From Coxiellaceae bacterium (GTDB lineage Bacteria; Pseudomonadota; Gammaproteobacteria; JAJRRL01), in assembly GCA_047404195.1 (NCBI GenBank), contig JBDOIU010000005.1, positions 1,795 to 65,794 on the forward strand: a stretch of 64,000 nt of DNA, written 5' to 3'. The notes below the pieces were generated by a model. It worked only from the letters and a program-made list of their open reading frames with translations, had not been told where the DNA came from and made no database searches. Below are positions 1 to 10,043 of this stretch, piece after piece; position 1 is the first letter of the stretch; every line of letters starts with the position of its first letter. Position numbers and translations under genes: made by a program.

Positions 1-859
1 CGTTGTTGCTGCACTACTGCATAAAGCTATCGGTTCAAAGCTGACTTGCTTGTTTGTCGATACGGGTTTGATGCGTTATCAAGAGCGTGAGCAAATTGAA
101 AGTGTGTTTGTTAAACATTTTGGGATTGATTTACGTGTTGTTGATGCCAGTGAGCGGTTTTTTTCAGCATTAGCGGGGGTGGACTCTCCAGAAGAAAAGC
201 GCAAAATTATTGGGCATGAATTTATTCGTGTCTTTGAGCAAGCTGCGAGTGAGTTTGAGACACCTATAAAATGGCTGGCTCAAGGCACGATCTATCCAGA
301 TGTCATTGAGTCTGCAGCATGTGGTTCGCAGCATAGTGAGGTCATTAAGTCTCACCATAATGTCGGCGGTTTGCCTGAAGATATGCAGTTTACATTGGTT
401 GAGCCATTGCGTCAGCTTTTCAAAGATGAAGTGCGAAAGTTAGGGCTTGCGCTTGGATTGCCAGCAGAGCTTGTGCATCGTCACCCATTTCCTGGTCCAG
501 GGCTTGCGGTGCGCATCACCACTGCAGTCACGCGTGAAGCAGCCAATATTCTGGCGCGTGTTGATCATGCTTTCCTACAGGTATTACGAGAGTTTGGTTG
601 GTATGACAAGGTATCGCAAGCATTTGCAGTGTTCATGCCAGTAAAGGCTGTTGGTGTGCAAGGTGACGCAAGGCATTACGGTTATGTTGTAGCGCTACGT
701 GCTGTGGTAACAGTCGATTTTATGACAGCTGATTGGGCTGAATTGCCGCGTGAGCTACTGCAAGAAGCAGTGCATCGTATCATTGCAGACGTGCCAGAAG
801 TAGCGCGTGTTGTATACGATATCACAAGTAAGCCGCCTGGCACCATTGAGTGGGAATAA
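1..859 (+). CDS. guaA: GMP synthase (glutamine-hydrolysing), C-terminal portion; the 5' end lies upstream of the window
   Basis: The translation ([11 protein letters not shown]..., [15 protein letters not shown], ends ...PGTIEWE) matches the GMP synthase C-terminal dimerisation/ATP-PPase region. The frame is open to the window edge. Confidence 0.9.
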   Translation, partial: VVAALLHKAIGSKLTCLFVDTGLMRYQEREQIESVFVKHFGIDLRVVDASERFFSALAGVDSPEEKRKIIGHEFIRVFEQAASEFETPIKWLAQGTIYPDVIESAACGSQHSEVIKSHHNVGGLPEDMQFTLVEPLRQLFKDEVRKLGLALGLPAELVHRHPFPGPGLAVRITTAVTREAANILARVDHAFLQVLREFGWYDKVSQAFAVFMPVKAVGVQGDARHYGYVVALRAVVTVDFMTADWAELPRELLQEAVHRIIADVPEVARVVYDITSKPPGTIEWE

Positions 860-889
860 GGCTGGCGCAGATCATTTGAGGGATTAAAT

Positions 890-1486
890 ATGACAGCAAA
901 GGATGCATTCGTAGCAGGTGTTGATGAGGTTGGAAGAGGGCCATTGGCTGGGCCTGTGGTAGCTGCGGCTGTCATTTTGCCGCCAGATCATGGCATTATT
1001 GGTTTATGTGATTCGAAGAAAATCACTGCAAAAAAACGTGAGCAGCTTGCTGTTGAGATTATTGATAAGGCAGTGGCCTATGCTGTTGCTGAAGCGTCTG
1101 TGGCTGAGATTGATGAGATTAACATATTGCAGGCCAGCCTATTGGCAATGCGCCGGGCTGTTTTGGCGCTACCGGTTGTGCCGCTGCAGGTCCAGGTTGA
1201 TGGTAATAAGCTACCAGAGCTACCAATGCCCGCGACAGCTGTCATTGGTGGTGATGATAAAATTGACTGTATCAGTGCTGCTTCTATCATTGCTAAGGTA
1301 GAGCGCGATGCGCTCATGATGACGTATGATGAGACATACCCTGGCTACGGTTTTGCGCAACACAAAGGTTATCCAACCAAGATGCACTTGCAATGTTTGG
1401 CTGAGCGTGGGGTGTTGCCTATCTATCGCCACTCATTTGGCCCAGTTAAGCGTTTATTGGCTGCGCAAGAGGGGTGTCATGTATAA
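890..1486 (+). CDS. rnhB: Ribonuclease HII
   Basis: 198 aa. The N-terminus [23 protein letters not shown] is the RNase HII signature. It follows guaA after a 30-nt spacer. Confidence 0.9.
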   Translation: MTAKDAFVAGVDEVGRGPLAGPVVAAAVILPPDHGIIGLCDSKKITAKKREQLAVEIIDKAVAYAVAEASVAEIDEINILQASLLAMRRAVLALPVVPLQVQVDGNKLPELPMPATAVIGGDDKIDCISAASIIAKVERDALMMTYDETYPGYGFAQHKGYPTKMHLQCLAERGVLPIYRHSFGPVKRLLAAQEGCHV

Positions 1487-2495
1487 ACAGTTTGTTGCAC
1501 TGGTCCTCACAGTTTGTGGTGTTGCCTGCAATGCAAGTATGGAGCTTGTATTTGCGGTTGATGTCATGCGACACGGCATGCGAACGCCAATTATACCACT
1601 GAAAGTCGATCCAATTGCATGGCCAGTACCGCCAGGGTTTCTTTTGCCTCAAGGTTATTTTAGAGCGTGCTACCGTGGAACTGTGCAAGCTGCTATTCAG
1701 CGACATCAAGGGTGGCGGCCAGTATGGCATCAGCGCAATAGCGGTTTCAGGCGATTTTCCTGGATGACGATAAGTGCAACACATATACGTCGCACGCAAG
1801 ACAGTGCTAGAGCATTTATGGTTGGCTTTATGTCGGGTCAGTGTGATCATCTCACGCAGAAGTTGAGGAATCCATTTTATAAAATTCCACTGAAAACACA
1901 ATTCGATATTCATTTCGCAAAAAGGAATCCAGGTGATGTGGATATCAATATTGCTAAGCCACTGTCGATAAAGCGCATACAGCGTGCAGCTAGGCAGTGT
2001 CCAAGTTGGCAAAAGGCAGCTCAATCGCCTATTGATGATCAGGTTGCATTAACGCATTTGGCTGATGCCATTGAGATGCGACATCTCCTTGGGCATGCTG
2101 TGCCGCGTATCATTGATCAGCCATGTTTGCAGAAGTTAATGCGGATGTATCATTTATACTGGCGATATGCCTATGCTCATAAAAAGCAGTATCACGCTAT
2201 GTTGGCGCCTATGATGCGGCTGATTAAGCATGGTTTGCAGCAATATTTACATGGTTCCCGTGTTCGGTACCAGCTTTATGTTGCGCATGATGATAATGTT
2301 ACAGCATTATTATCTGCGCTGGGTATTCATCCGCGACGGCATATATTGCCTGCTACTATTGTGAGTTTGTATTTTCTACGTGATAGGCAGACACATAGGT
2401 TGCGCGTTGCCGCTCGAGCAAACGGTCGACCGTTGTTTATCCTTGCTTGCCATGCTAGCCAGTGTGGTGAAAAAAAGTTTTGGTCATTATTTTAA
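1479..2495 (+). CDS. Histidine acid phosphatase family protein with an N-terminal signal peptide
   Basis: The RHGxRxP active-site motif is present ([10 protein letters not shown]) and so is the downstream HD motif (YVAHDDNV). The N-terminus [19 protein letters not shown] is hydrophobic. The ATG at 1479 is in frame with the longer track ORF, whose upstream part overlaps rnhB. Confidence 0.75.
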   Translation: MYKQFVALVLTVCGVACNASMELVFAVDVMRHGMRTPIIPLKVDPIAWPVPPGFLLPQGYFRACYRGTVQAAIQRHQGWRPVWHQRNSGFRRFSWMTISATHIRRTQDSARAFMVGFMSGQCDHLTQKLRNPFYKIPLKTQFDIHFAKRNPGDVDINIAKPLSIKRIQRAARQCPSWQKAAQSPIDDQVALTHLADAIEMRHLLGHAVPRIIDQPCLQKLMRMYHLYWRYAYAHKKQYHAMLAPMMRLIKHGLQQYLHGSRVRYQLYVAHDDNVTALLSALGIHPRRHILPATIVSLYFLRDRQTHRLRVAARANGRPLFILACHASQCGEKKFWSLF

Positions 2496-2504
2496 GGGAG
2501 AAAT

Positions 2505-2795
2505 GTGATGCTTAAAAATTCACTTCATTTTCTGGTTGCCTCGGCGTTATTGGTTTTGTCAGCATGTCAATCCAAGCAACCAATACGAGAAGCAAAAAAA
2601 ATGCAGCCCTGGGGCTATTATAAATGTATCAGTGTCACGCCGCTCCAGGAGCGTTTCACAGGATGGGCTGCTCTTGAGGAGCGTGCTCGTCAGAATGCCA
2701 TTACTCTCTGCAAAATGAAGACGCATGATGAAAACTGTACGGTTAAGTACTGCTTTAATGATCAACCATCGGCGGATGATAATAAAAAAAGCTAA
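2505..2795 (+). CDS. Small putative lipoprotein (hypothetical)
   Basis: 96 aa. It has a signal peptide with a lipobox-like LLVLSAC motif. I recognise no conserved domain. Confidence 0.45.
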   Translation: MMLKNSLHFLVASALLVLSACQSKQPIREAKKMQPWGYYKCISVTPLQERFTGWAALEERARQNAITLCKMKTHDENCTVKYCFNDQPSADDNKKS

Positions 2796-2860
2796 AGTGT
2801 GCTGTCCAACATCTATCGATCTAATAATGGGGCATAGAGTGCGCGCTAACCATGACGTTT

Positions 2861-3562
2861 TCAGATGATTCTGTCATGCGGTAATAGCGCTATAGGAATC
2901 ATTTCATGATAACGTAATGCGCAGCACAGCTCTATGAGCTCTGCTAATGTTGAGCAGCGCATTTTATCTTTGATAGACTGACAATGCCCTTCGATTGTTC
3001 GTGTAGATCTTGAAAAGCGGGATGCGATTTCTCTTGCTGATTGTCCGCGAATGATAAAGAAAAGCACATGTGATTCCTTTTGTGTGAGCTGGGGCTAGTA
3101 GTCGATGACGCGAAAGTTAATATTAATTTCATTATCATACATTTTTTGCAGTACGGCATTTGAAAACAGTTTATGGCAGTATGGTTCAGCTACCTGCCAT
3201 ACATTGATTGCAAGTTCTTGGTGATTGATCTTTTCTTTATGTGATAGTACCGCAGAGAGTGATCCATCGTAGCGTGCGAATGTAAAGTCAATCACGGGAT
3301 GTTTGGAGTTAAATGCGTGTCTGTCGCGCGCCCTGAATTCACTTGCTAAAGCCACAGCAGGTGTTTTGATTGCATAATCATCTAGCCCTAGAATATCATC
3401 CTTTTTTGAGAGGCCAATCATGCTGGCTGTATTGCCGGTATCATTGACACATATTAAGTCTCCATTTTTGACGCAGAAAGTGATAGTATCTTTTTTGATA
3501 TATTTGTAGTGCTCTGCATTGTCAATAAGAAGCTGCGACATCTGTAATAACCTTTTGGTCAT
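2861..3562 (-). pseudogene. PAS-like sensor / LuxR-type (GerE) HTH regulator, paralog A, interrupted by one in-frame TAG codon
   Basis: ORF 3095..3562 encodes a PAS-like domain (GDLICVNDTGNT...DILGLDDYAIKTPA). ORF 2861..3067 is in the same frame. Read through the stop it continues LTQKESHVLFFIIRGQSAREIAS..., the canonical LuxR HTH (LTxRE..VL.....G.S..EIA). A single amber codon separates the two domains. Confidence 0.6.
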
Positions 3563-3801
3563 TAGTGTGGACCTATATTATGTAAAATATAGACCACATC
3601 TGCACAAAACGCAAGTCTGAAATTGTCATTCCGTTGATAGATAGAGAGTGGATTCTATCTCAGTGCTGCAGGGTATATGCTCAATTACACATTGTGCCAC
3701 TATTCATGACTATATTGGTTTTGGAGTCAAAGAGACCATACTGTCAGTTGATGCACCTAATACGAGTGTGCTACAAAGATATCTTGCAAAGGCTCAGTGG
3801 C

Positions 3802-4417
3802 TTACCCATATGTTTCGAAAAATGGTAAAATGCTGTCTGGAATCATTTCATGGTAGCCCATCACTGTGCATAGCGCAATGAGCTGCGTTACGTTGTCACA
3901 GTTAAATTTTCTTTTCAGAGCTTGACATTGGGTTTCAATGTTTCTTTTTGTGTGACATACTATCTTACCTATAGATGCTGTAGAATGACTGCGAAGGAGG
4001 TGAAAAAGAACAATTGACTCTCTTTTGCTGCAGTTTGGAATTTTTTTCACAAGTTGGTAGTTCCCATATATTGGCTGCCATTTCATTCGTATTGATTCTT
4101 TCCTTCAGACTAAAAAGCACTTTAGGTCCATCCTGGTATTGTGCAATGACTAGATTCCTTATTGGCTTGTCAGATGTAAAGACAAGTTTGTCTCGGAGTC
4201 TGAATTCTTCAGCGAGCTCTACTGCAGGTGTTTTGATATCATAGTCTATTGCGTTGAGTATATCCTCCTTGTTCTTGAGGCCTATCAGCGAGTGGGAATG
4301 GCCGCTATCATTGATGTATTCAAAGTCTCTGTTTTTAATAAAAAACGTGACCGTGTTGCTCCACATATGTGATTGGTGCTGAGGGTTATGTATCAGCAAT
4401 TTATTTTTGATGCCCAT
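3802..4417 (-). pseudogene. PAS-like / LuxR-type HTH regulator, paralog B, frameshifted at the domain linker
   Basis: The N-terminal ORF 3965..4417 (PAS-like, ...DILNAIDYDIKTPAVELAEEF) and the HTH ORF 3802..4086 (SKRESIVLFHLLRSHSTASIGKIV...) overlap by 122 nt in different frames. Alignment to paralog A places one frameshift in the linker. Confidence 0.55.
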
Positions 4418-4434
4418 TTTTAGGCTTCCGTTGA

Positions 4435-5129
4435 TTATATGCTAAGAAGGTTGAGGAGATTCCTTGGTAAAAGTGAGGCTGGAAAATAGTGATTGTTCAT
4501 AAGTAAGGTATTCATTTCTATCAGCTGTTGTGTGTTAATGCAGCCAAATTTTCGTTTTATTTTTATAATATGTTTCTCAATTGTGCGGTTTGATTTGTGG
4601 GTCCGAGCACCAATAGATTTTGCAGATAAACCACGTAAAATGAAGAAAAGCGTCAGGGACTCCTGTTCGTTGCAGTTTTCTATGGTGCGTGACACAGCGT
4701 ATGAGCAATTGATTAGCTTGCTGTACTTTAATTCTAGCAGTGAATTGATTCCAAATAGTTTAAGGGTGCTCCTAGGAAGGCGCCATACATTAATGGCTAG
4801 TTCCTTGCCGTTAATTGATTGTTTGTGGCTAAGAAGGGCGGAGAGCCCGGTATTGTAGTGAGAAAATGCAAGGTTATGTGTGCTTTTTTGCTTCTGAGGG
4901 CCAGTTTGTCTTGCTGCTCAAATACGTGTGCTAATTCTTGGGCAGGTGTTTTGATGTCGTAATCAGTTTGGCCCAGAATGTCATTTTCCTGTCCAAAGCC
5001 AAGTAATTCGGCTGTGTTTCCGAGATCATTGATGTACTCAAGGCATGTGTTTTTAACGGTAAAGTAGCGCACACCTGGCATGATCAATTTTTCATGGCTA
5101 TCATTTGGAGCTAAAAGCCTGCGTTGCAT
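4435..5129 (-). pseudogene. PAS-like / LuxR-type HTH regulator, paralog C, truncated N-terminal ORF with a 101-nt gap before the HTH ORF
   Basis: ORF 4797..5129 (…DILGQTDYDIKTPAQELAHVF…) stops early relative to paralog A. ORF 4435..4695 carries the HTH (NEQESLTLFFILRGLSAKSIGARTH...) in another frame. Confidence 0.5.
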
Positions 5130-5470
5130 GCTAAGTTCTGTTTGTGTTGTTTTGATATATTGTCGCGCAGACTAATGATGTTGTCTAGTATTAGTATGTA
5201 ACAAAATGTAAACACGCAATACCAGTCAGTATACAGGTAATTTGATTTTTATCGCTGAGCATTGCTCATAGTGATGATGCTTTGCCGTATTGTCTCTATT
5301 CGGGATTCCTCTTGTCAAGGCATTGTGATGCTAGGTTCACCTAGTTAATAAGTCTCACCTGACATCTTTAGTAAATTTCCGAATAATCAACATGTTATCA
5401 TATGCTTGCCATCAATGGTATTCGATGGTAGTATGACATTATCTTAAATTATATATCGTGGCAGGTGGAA

Positions 5471-6997
5471 ATGAAAGATAAAGTCGCATCAATAAATGTT
5501 TACTTTGATGGTTCTGGCCAGGTAGGGTCTTTCGCTAGCTTTCAATATTGTCTTAATAAAGGTGTGCATTCAGTAATCACTATAGGTCCTGAAAATTTTT
5601 TTAGGTTTGATCTTGTTTTGTCATTGCTGCTGGAACGACCCATTGAGCTTAATGGCTTGGTTACTTCTCATGATTCAAGCGATGATATCATTGATTTTCG
5701 GGTGGAGGGTTGTGCAGCTCCGTATTTCAAAGCTGGGATGGCTTTCCCAGACTTATCTCTATTGGTGAGAAGAGATTTTATCCCACTTCTAACGACGAAG
5801 GATGATTCAAACAAGTTGGTATTACGAAGTAAAATTGGTATTCAGAGGTACATTAGTGGCCGTAAAGAGGCTCACAGCAATTATCCAGTCCATGTGCATC
5901 GAAGTGTCTCAGGCGATCAGCCTGTGGGGCAATGTTCACTAATGCTCTCAGGGTGGAGTCGTGGTGCGTGTACAGCTTCTTTGGTTGCCAAGGAGCTACA
6001 CCGTCGAGGCGTAAATAATGAAATTCACATCTTTGCGCGTGAGCCAATTCCGGGCACACCCACACCTCTAATTCCGCTGAAAGATTTAACGGCATGTGAC
6101 AATGTGCGTACTGTCAGTACTTTTTTTGGCGCTGCTAAAAATCCACTGTATGGGCGGGGGTTAGTTAATATTTTTTTAGATCTTTTCTTTATGCGACAGC
6201 AGGTGCCACGATATCACGCTCAGACTGCGCATCAGATTATTGCGTGTTTTACTCATGGCGAGGGAGACCCAATGCGTGATGATGAAGTTGAGACAAATAT
6301 AGTAACACCTGCTGACCTTCAACGACAGCGTGGTATTTCTCGTTCCGCTTTATTTGCGCTTGCAAGGCTGGAAATTGCTAAGGATCAATCATGTACACAT
6401 TTAAAAGATCAGTATCATAACGACAGTGAGTCGTCAGTATTCATATTTAAAAGGTATTGTTATACTTTAAGAGAGCGTCTTTCCCCAACTGGCCGGTTGA
6501 ATGCATTGATCGAGTTAATGCAGTATCGTGCTGATATCGACGACAAGAAGGTCAGTGGTTTTCTTACAGCTATTCTATCTGCTTGTCGCTATTCATCTGC
6601 TCGTGCCACTAAGGTTGCGACAGGGCTTCTTACGGAAGCTGAATTTAAGCAGCTTCATGCTGGTAATCAGCATGATGATAACTATCCAAATCGTACTCGA
6701 AATAAATTCTACCGTCAGCATGATATTTATGCTGAATACGAAGGGTCTCATTCGTTATGTACTGCCACAGCCATCTCAACAGCTGCGTTCTCTCTACTAT
6801 CAGCAGCGTTATGCATCATATGCATCTCTCAGGTTGTCGTTTCGCCGCTCGTGCCTATTCTGATGCTTGCAGCCGTGGTTTCGGGTGGCTTGGGTGTTGT
6901 ATCAATGTTTACAAGCATTGGTTCTGGTATTTTTCACGATCAAAAAATCAAGCAGCAAGCTAAAGAAGTGATTGCTGGTCGTAATGCTTCGGAATGA
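5471..6997 (+). CDS. Hypothetical effector-like protein: a putative serine-hydrolase GxSxG motif plus a C-terminal hydrophobic hairpin
   Basis: About 508 aa. An AGGTGG Shine-Dalgarno sequence precedes the ATG at 5471. The motif SGWSRGACTA sits in the middle of the protein. The last ~70 residues form two TM-like helices. I recognise no housekeeping homolog. Confidence 0.55.
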   Translation: MKDKVASINVYFDGSGQVGSFASFQYCLNKGVHSVITIGPENFFRFDLVLSLLLERPIELNGLVTSHDSSDDIIDFRVEGCAAPYFKAGMAFPDLSLLVRRDFIPLLTTKDDSNKLVLRSKIGIQRYISGRKEAHSNYPVHVHRSVSGDQPVGQCSLMLSGWSRGACTASLVAKELHRRGVNNEIHIFAREPIPGTPTPLIPLKDLTACDNVRTVSTFFGAAKNPLYGRGLVNIFLDLFFMRQQVPRYHAQTAHQIIACFTHGEGDPMRDDEVETNIVTPADLQRQRGISRSALFALARLEIAKDQSCTHLKDQYHNDSESSVFIFKRYCYTLRERLSPTGRLNALIELMQYRADIDDKKVSGFLTAILSACRYSSARATKVATGLLTEAEFKQLHAGNQHDDNYPNRTRNKFYRQHDIYAEYEGSHSLCTATAISTAAFSLLSAALCIICISQVVVSPLVPILMLAAVVSGGLGVVSMFTSIGSGIFHDQKIKQQAKEVIAGRNASE

Positions 6998-7051
6998 CTT
7001 GCTGCTGGTTTTAAGTCATTATCCTTCTGTCAGTGAGTTGCTCAAGGTAAA

Positions 7052-7088
7052 AAAATAGCCAACCTTTACTAAGGCCGGCTATTCGCAT
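7052..7088. terminator. Putative bidirectional rho-independent terminator between convergent genes
   Basis: An inverted repeat ATAGCC...GGCTAT is flanked by A-runs and T-runs, and lies between the stop codons of the 5471..6997 (+) and 7112..7954 (-) genes. Confidence 0.35.
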
Positions 7089-7111
7089 TAAAAGCGGTTT
7101 ATCGCAGAGAC

Positions 7112-7954
7112 TTACTTGGATTTTTTAGTCTTAGCTGGCGCTTTTTTGCTTGGTTTTTTTCCTGAGACAATGTCAATCGCTTGTTGCAGGTATGGTGCTG
7201 GTACCGCGCCATTGAATACAAAGAAGTTCTTCTCGCTGACTTTACCTTTCGTAGGCATGATGTAAAAAGCGGGTGTGCCATTAACGCCTAGCTTTGATGC
7301 CAGTGAGCGTGTTTCATCAATGAACTTTTTACCAGCTGTGCTGTTGATGAGCTTCCTGGTTTGTTTGTTTAGCTTAACGCCAGCTTTCTTGGCAACGCGA
7401 CGCACATCTTTATCACGTAATTTGCCCTCTATGCGCTTAGCTTTAAACATTAGATCGTGGAATTTCTCATATTTGCCCTGTGTTGCCGCTGCTAGGTCTA
7501 CTTTAGCTGCGTACTGTGATGCTTCGCCAAAAATAGGTAGAAAGCGGTAAATCACACGTAGGTTGGGATTTTTAGAGACGACTTCTTCTATGCCTTTGTA
7601 GGCTCTCCAGCACATCACACATTGATAATCAAAGAACTCAACCATGGTAACGTTACCATTAGGATTTCCGGCAATGGTCTGGAATGAAGTTTTGCGTAGT
7701 GCATTAACATTTTTGAGCGCATTGTCGTACATTTTTTGTCTTTGCTCGCGTTGTTGCTTCGCTTGATACATCTTGACTGACTTCAAGATATCTTCTGGGT
7801 GATTCATGAGATATTGTTTGATCAAGTTGTTAATTTTTCTATCTGATGCGCTGGTTTTTGCTTTGTGGTGTTGGTTGCTGCCAGCAAATGTGGCTGTTGT
7901 AGCCAGTATTGCGGTTGAAATTGTGCACAAAATGCGCTTTGTAGTGTTTTGCAT
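7112..7954 (-). CDS. Com1/DsbA-family periplasmic thiol:disulfide oxidoreductase (CxxC = CVMC)
   Basis: The thioredoxin-fold motif GNPNGNVTMVEFFDYQCVMC is present with an N-terminal signal peptide. The RBS AGGAGGAA sits 6 nt before the ATG of MQNTTK. Confidence 0.75.
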   Translation of the reverse strand: MQNTTKRILCTISTAILATTATFAGSNQHHKAKTSASDRKINNLIKQYLMNHPEDILKSVKMYQAKQQREQRQKMYDNALKNVNALRKTSFQTIAGNPNGNVTMVEFFDYQCVMCWRAYKGIEEVVSKNPNLRVIYRFLPIFGEASQYAAKVDLAAATQGKYEKFHDLMFKAKRIEGKLRDKDVRRVAKKAGVKLNKQTRKLINSTAGKKFIDETRSLASKLGVNGTPAFYIMPTKGKVSEKNFFVFNGAVPAPYLQQAIDIVSGKKPSKKAPAKTKKSK

Positions 7955-8057
7955 GTGAGTTCCTCCTGAATTAGGCATGCGAAAATAATAACACTAGGAT
8001 AGCAGTTTGGTCTCTAGCAGGCAATACAGGCATATTTTTAGTCCATTATGGGTGGAA

Positions 8058-9800
8058 TCACACCTCGGTTTGTTTTTTTTCAGTCCAGGTGTTTAGTAGA
8101 TTGATGAGGTCTTCTCTTAGTACCGGCTTTGAGATGACTTCATTCATGCCGATATTTAGGCAATTTTGCTTATCCTGGCTGAATAGGTGTGCAGTCATGG
8201 CTATGATTGGGATACTCGAATCATGTTCATTGTTGATACGAATGCGTTTCGTGGCTTCAAGACCATCGATATCGGGTAAGCCAATATCCATGAACACAAC
8301 ATCAAAGGTGTTGTTCATCTTTTCAACACCAGTTAGGCCGTCTTGTGCAATGGTGACGTCACAACCGAGCTGCTCTAGCATGATTTTGATTACTTTTTGG
8401 TTGATGGGGTTGTCTTCAACAACCAGCACTTTCAAATTAAAGCGCTTGCTACTCTGTTGGCTACCCGTTGCTTGTGTTTTAAGTTGTGGTTCGATTATGG
8501 CTTTGAGAATCAGGGTGCATGTAAAGCAGGAGCCTTTGCTAATTTTGCTCTCTATGCTGAGTTGGCCAGACATGGCTTGAGCAATTTCTTGTACTATGGT
8601 TAGTCCGATACCTGCATTAGGCGGGCTATTGTTGCTGGACCACTGTTTATGTTGATGAAAAATTTTGTCTATATCGCTTTGATGCATGCCGACACCAGTG
8701 TCTTCTACACTGATTCGGAGGCAAATAGTATCTTCTTGCTCATGTTTTTGTGCATCAAGTTTTAATATTATCTTTCCTTGCAGCGTATGCATGACGGCAT
8801 TCGACAGTAGGTTATCAATAAGTTGCTTTATTTTATGTTTATCGGCTAATATGGCTTTGGGGAGGCTGGCATCGGGCTCAAGGATGAACTTAATGTGGTG
8901 CTTAGCTGCGTGAACCTCTGCATCTGCTAAGGATTGTTGTGCCAGTTCTACGATGCAAAATCGATTGTCAGGATCATTATGATCGTTTTTTCCCATGCGA
9001 GCATAGTTGATAATATTGTTGACGTTGCGTAGCAGATTTTTCCCTGATTGTAATATGACCTCAAGCTGATCCGACTGGCTTTGTTTTAGCTTATCTTGTT
9101 GCATAATTTGGGTCATACCCAGAATAGCGTTTAATGGTGTACGGAGTTCGTGGCTGACCATTGATAGGAAGCGTGTTTTTTCTTGTTGTAATTCAATACT
9201 TGAGGTGTTTTTTTGTGCTGGGAATGATGCGGACTCATCAGCCCATGGTGCGAGTATTGGGCTATCTTGTTTGAAGGGTTTTAATGATGTTTGATCATAC
9301 GATGTGACAGCATAGTCCTTGTTTGTATTGCCGATGATAGATCTGTTGGCGGTGTTAATAATGGGTCTTGCTACCATGTTATTTGATGTGGGTGCGCCGC
9401 CTTTAATTGAGGCAACGCCGCTGAAGCCAACGCACTCCCCATTGTGAAAAATAGGGCATGCGGAATCGGATATTAGGGTTTCATTGCCATCGTCATCTAG
9501 AATAGGGTACTCCATCGTATAGACATCATCAATTGTTGGCGATGAAACCCAACTTTCTAGCTGTGCCAATATGTGTTGTTGCTGATCTACTGGAATGCAA
9601 TCAAACCAAAGCCTGGGCTGTTTGTATAAGGCATCGACCGCAATCTTCCATACATATTCAAATGCTCTATTAACATACAAATGAGTATTGAAGTCGGCAG
9701 AGCGTACCCAAAATACATCCTGGCTATTTTCAGCCACTTTATAAAAATAAAGGCCAAGTCCCTTAATTATGTTAACAGCTTCCATACGCGAGAGCACCAT
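8058..9800 (-). CDS. Hybrid sensor histidine kinase (cytoplasmic PAS, HisKA, HATPase, C-terminal receiver domain)
   Basis: H-box SHELRTPLNAILG, ATPase motifs DTGVGM / GIGLTIV, and a receiver with VLVVEDNPINQKV...DVVFMDIGLPDIDG. There is no TM segment. Confidence 0.85.
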   Translation of the reverse strand: MVLSRMEAVNIIKGLGLYFYKVAENSQDVFWVRSADFNTHLYVNRAFEYVWKIAVDALYKQPRLWFDCIPVDQQQHILAQLESWVSSPTIDDVYTMEYPILDDDGNETLISDSACPIFHNGECVGFSGVASIKGGAPTSNNMVARPIINTANRSIIGNTNKDYAVTSYDQTSLKPFKQDSPILAPWADESASFPAQKNTSSIELQQEKTRFLSMVSHELRTPLNAILGMTQIMQQDKLKQSQSDQLEVILQSGKNLLRNVNNIINYARMGKNDHNDPDNRFCIVELAQQSLADAEVHAAKHHIKFILEPDASLPKAILADKHKIKQLIDNLLSNAVMHTLQGKIILKLDAQKHEQEDTICLRISVEDTGVGMHQSDIDKIFHQHKQWSSNNSPPNAGIGLTIVQEIAQAMSGQLSIESKISKGSCFTCTLILKAIIEPQLKTQATGSQQSSKRFNLKVLVVEDNPINQKVIKIMLEQLGCDVTIAQDGLTGVEKMNNTFDVVFMDIGLPDIDGLEATKRIRINNEHDSSIPIIAMTAHLFSQDKQNCLNIGMNEVISKPVLREDLINLLNTWTEKKQTEV

Positions 9801-10043
9801 CCGTTTGTTGTGCGCGTTGTAACGAAAAAGATTATAATCATTTTACAGTGGGATAAAAAAGGGGGGGCTAGAGACAAACTTATACATAATTTTTTCTTAA
9901 GGTTGATGCAGTTTTAGCGGCTTCTAAGAGAGCCGTTATAGCGGTTTTATCGGGCTTCATAGGCATCCGGTATAGTTTGGGTGTCTCTCCTTGTGTGCCT
10001 AAAAAGCCACGCCTATTGCTATGTTGTAGTATTAGTCAGCCTG

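Noticed and set aside
990-1432. ORFs 990..1301 (+), 1078..1317 (-) and 1220..1432 (-) inside or antisense to rnhB
   Set aside because: They overlap a well-supported RNase HII gene in other frames, and their translations are low-complexity or Cys/Arg-rich. Shadow ORFs.
4493-4858. 121-aa ORF on the + strand across the LuxR paralog B/C region
   Set aside because: It is antisense to the PAS/HTH coding sequence and has no features of its own. It most likely arises from the AT-rich antisense frame.
8089-8913. Several + strand ORFs (8089..8580, 8397..8603, 8686..8913) inside the hybrid kinase gene
   Set aside because: They are antisense to a conserved HisKA/HATPase/REC coding region. Their hydrophobic, Cys-rich translations are typical of shadow frames.
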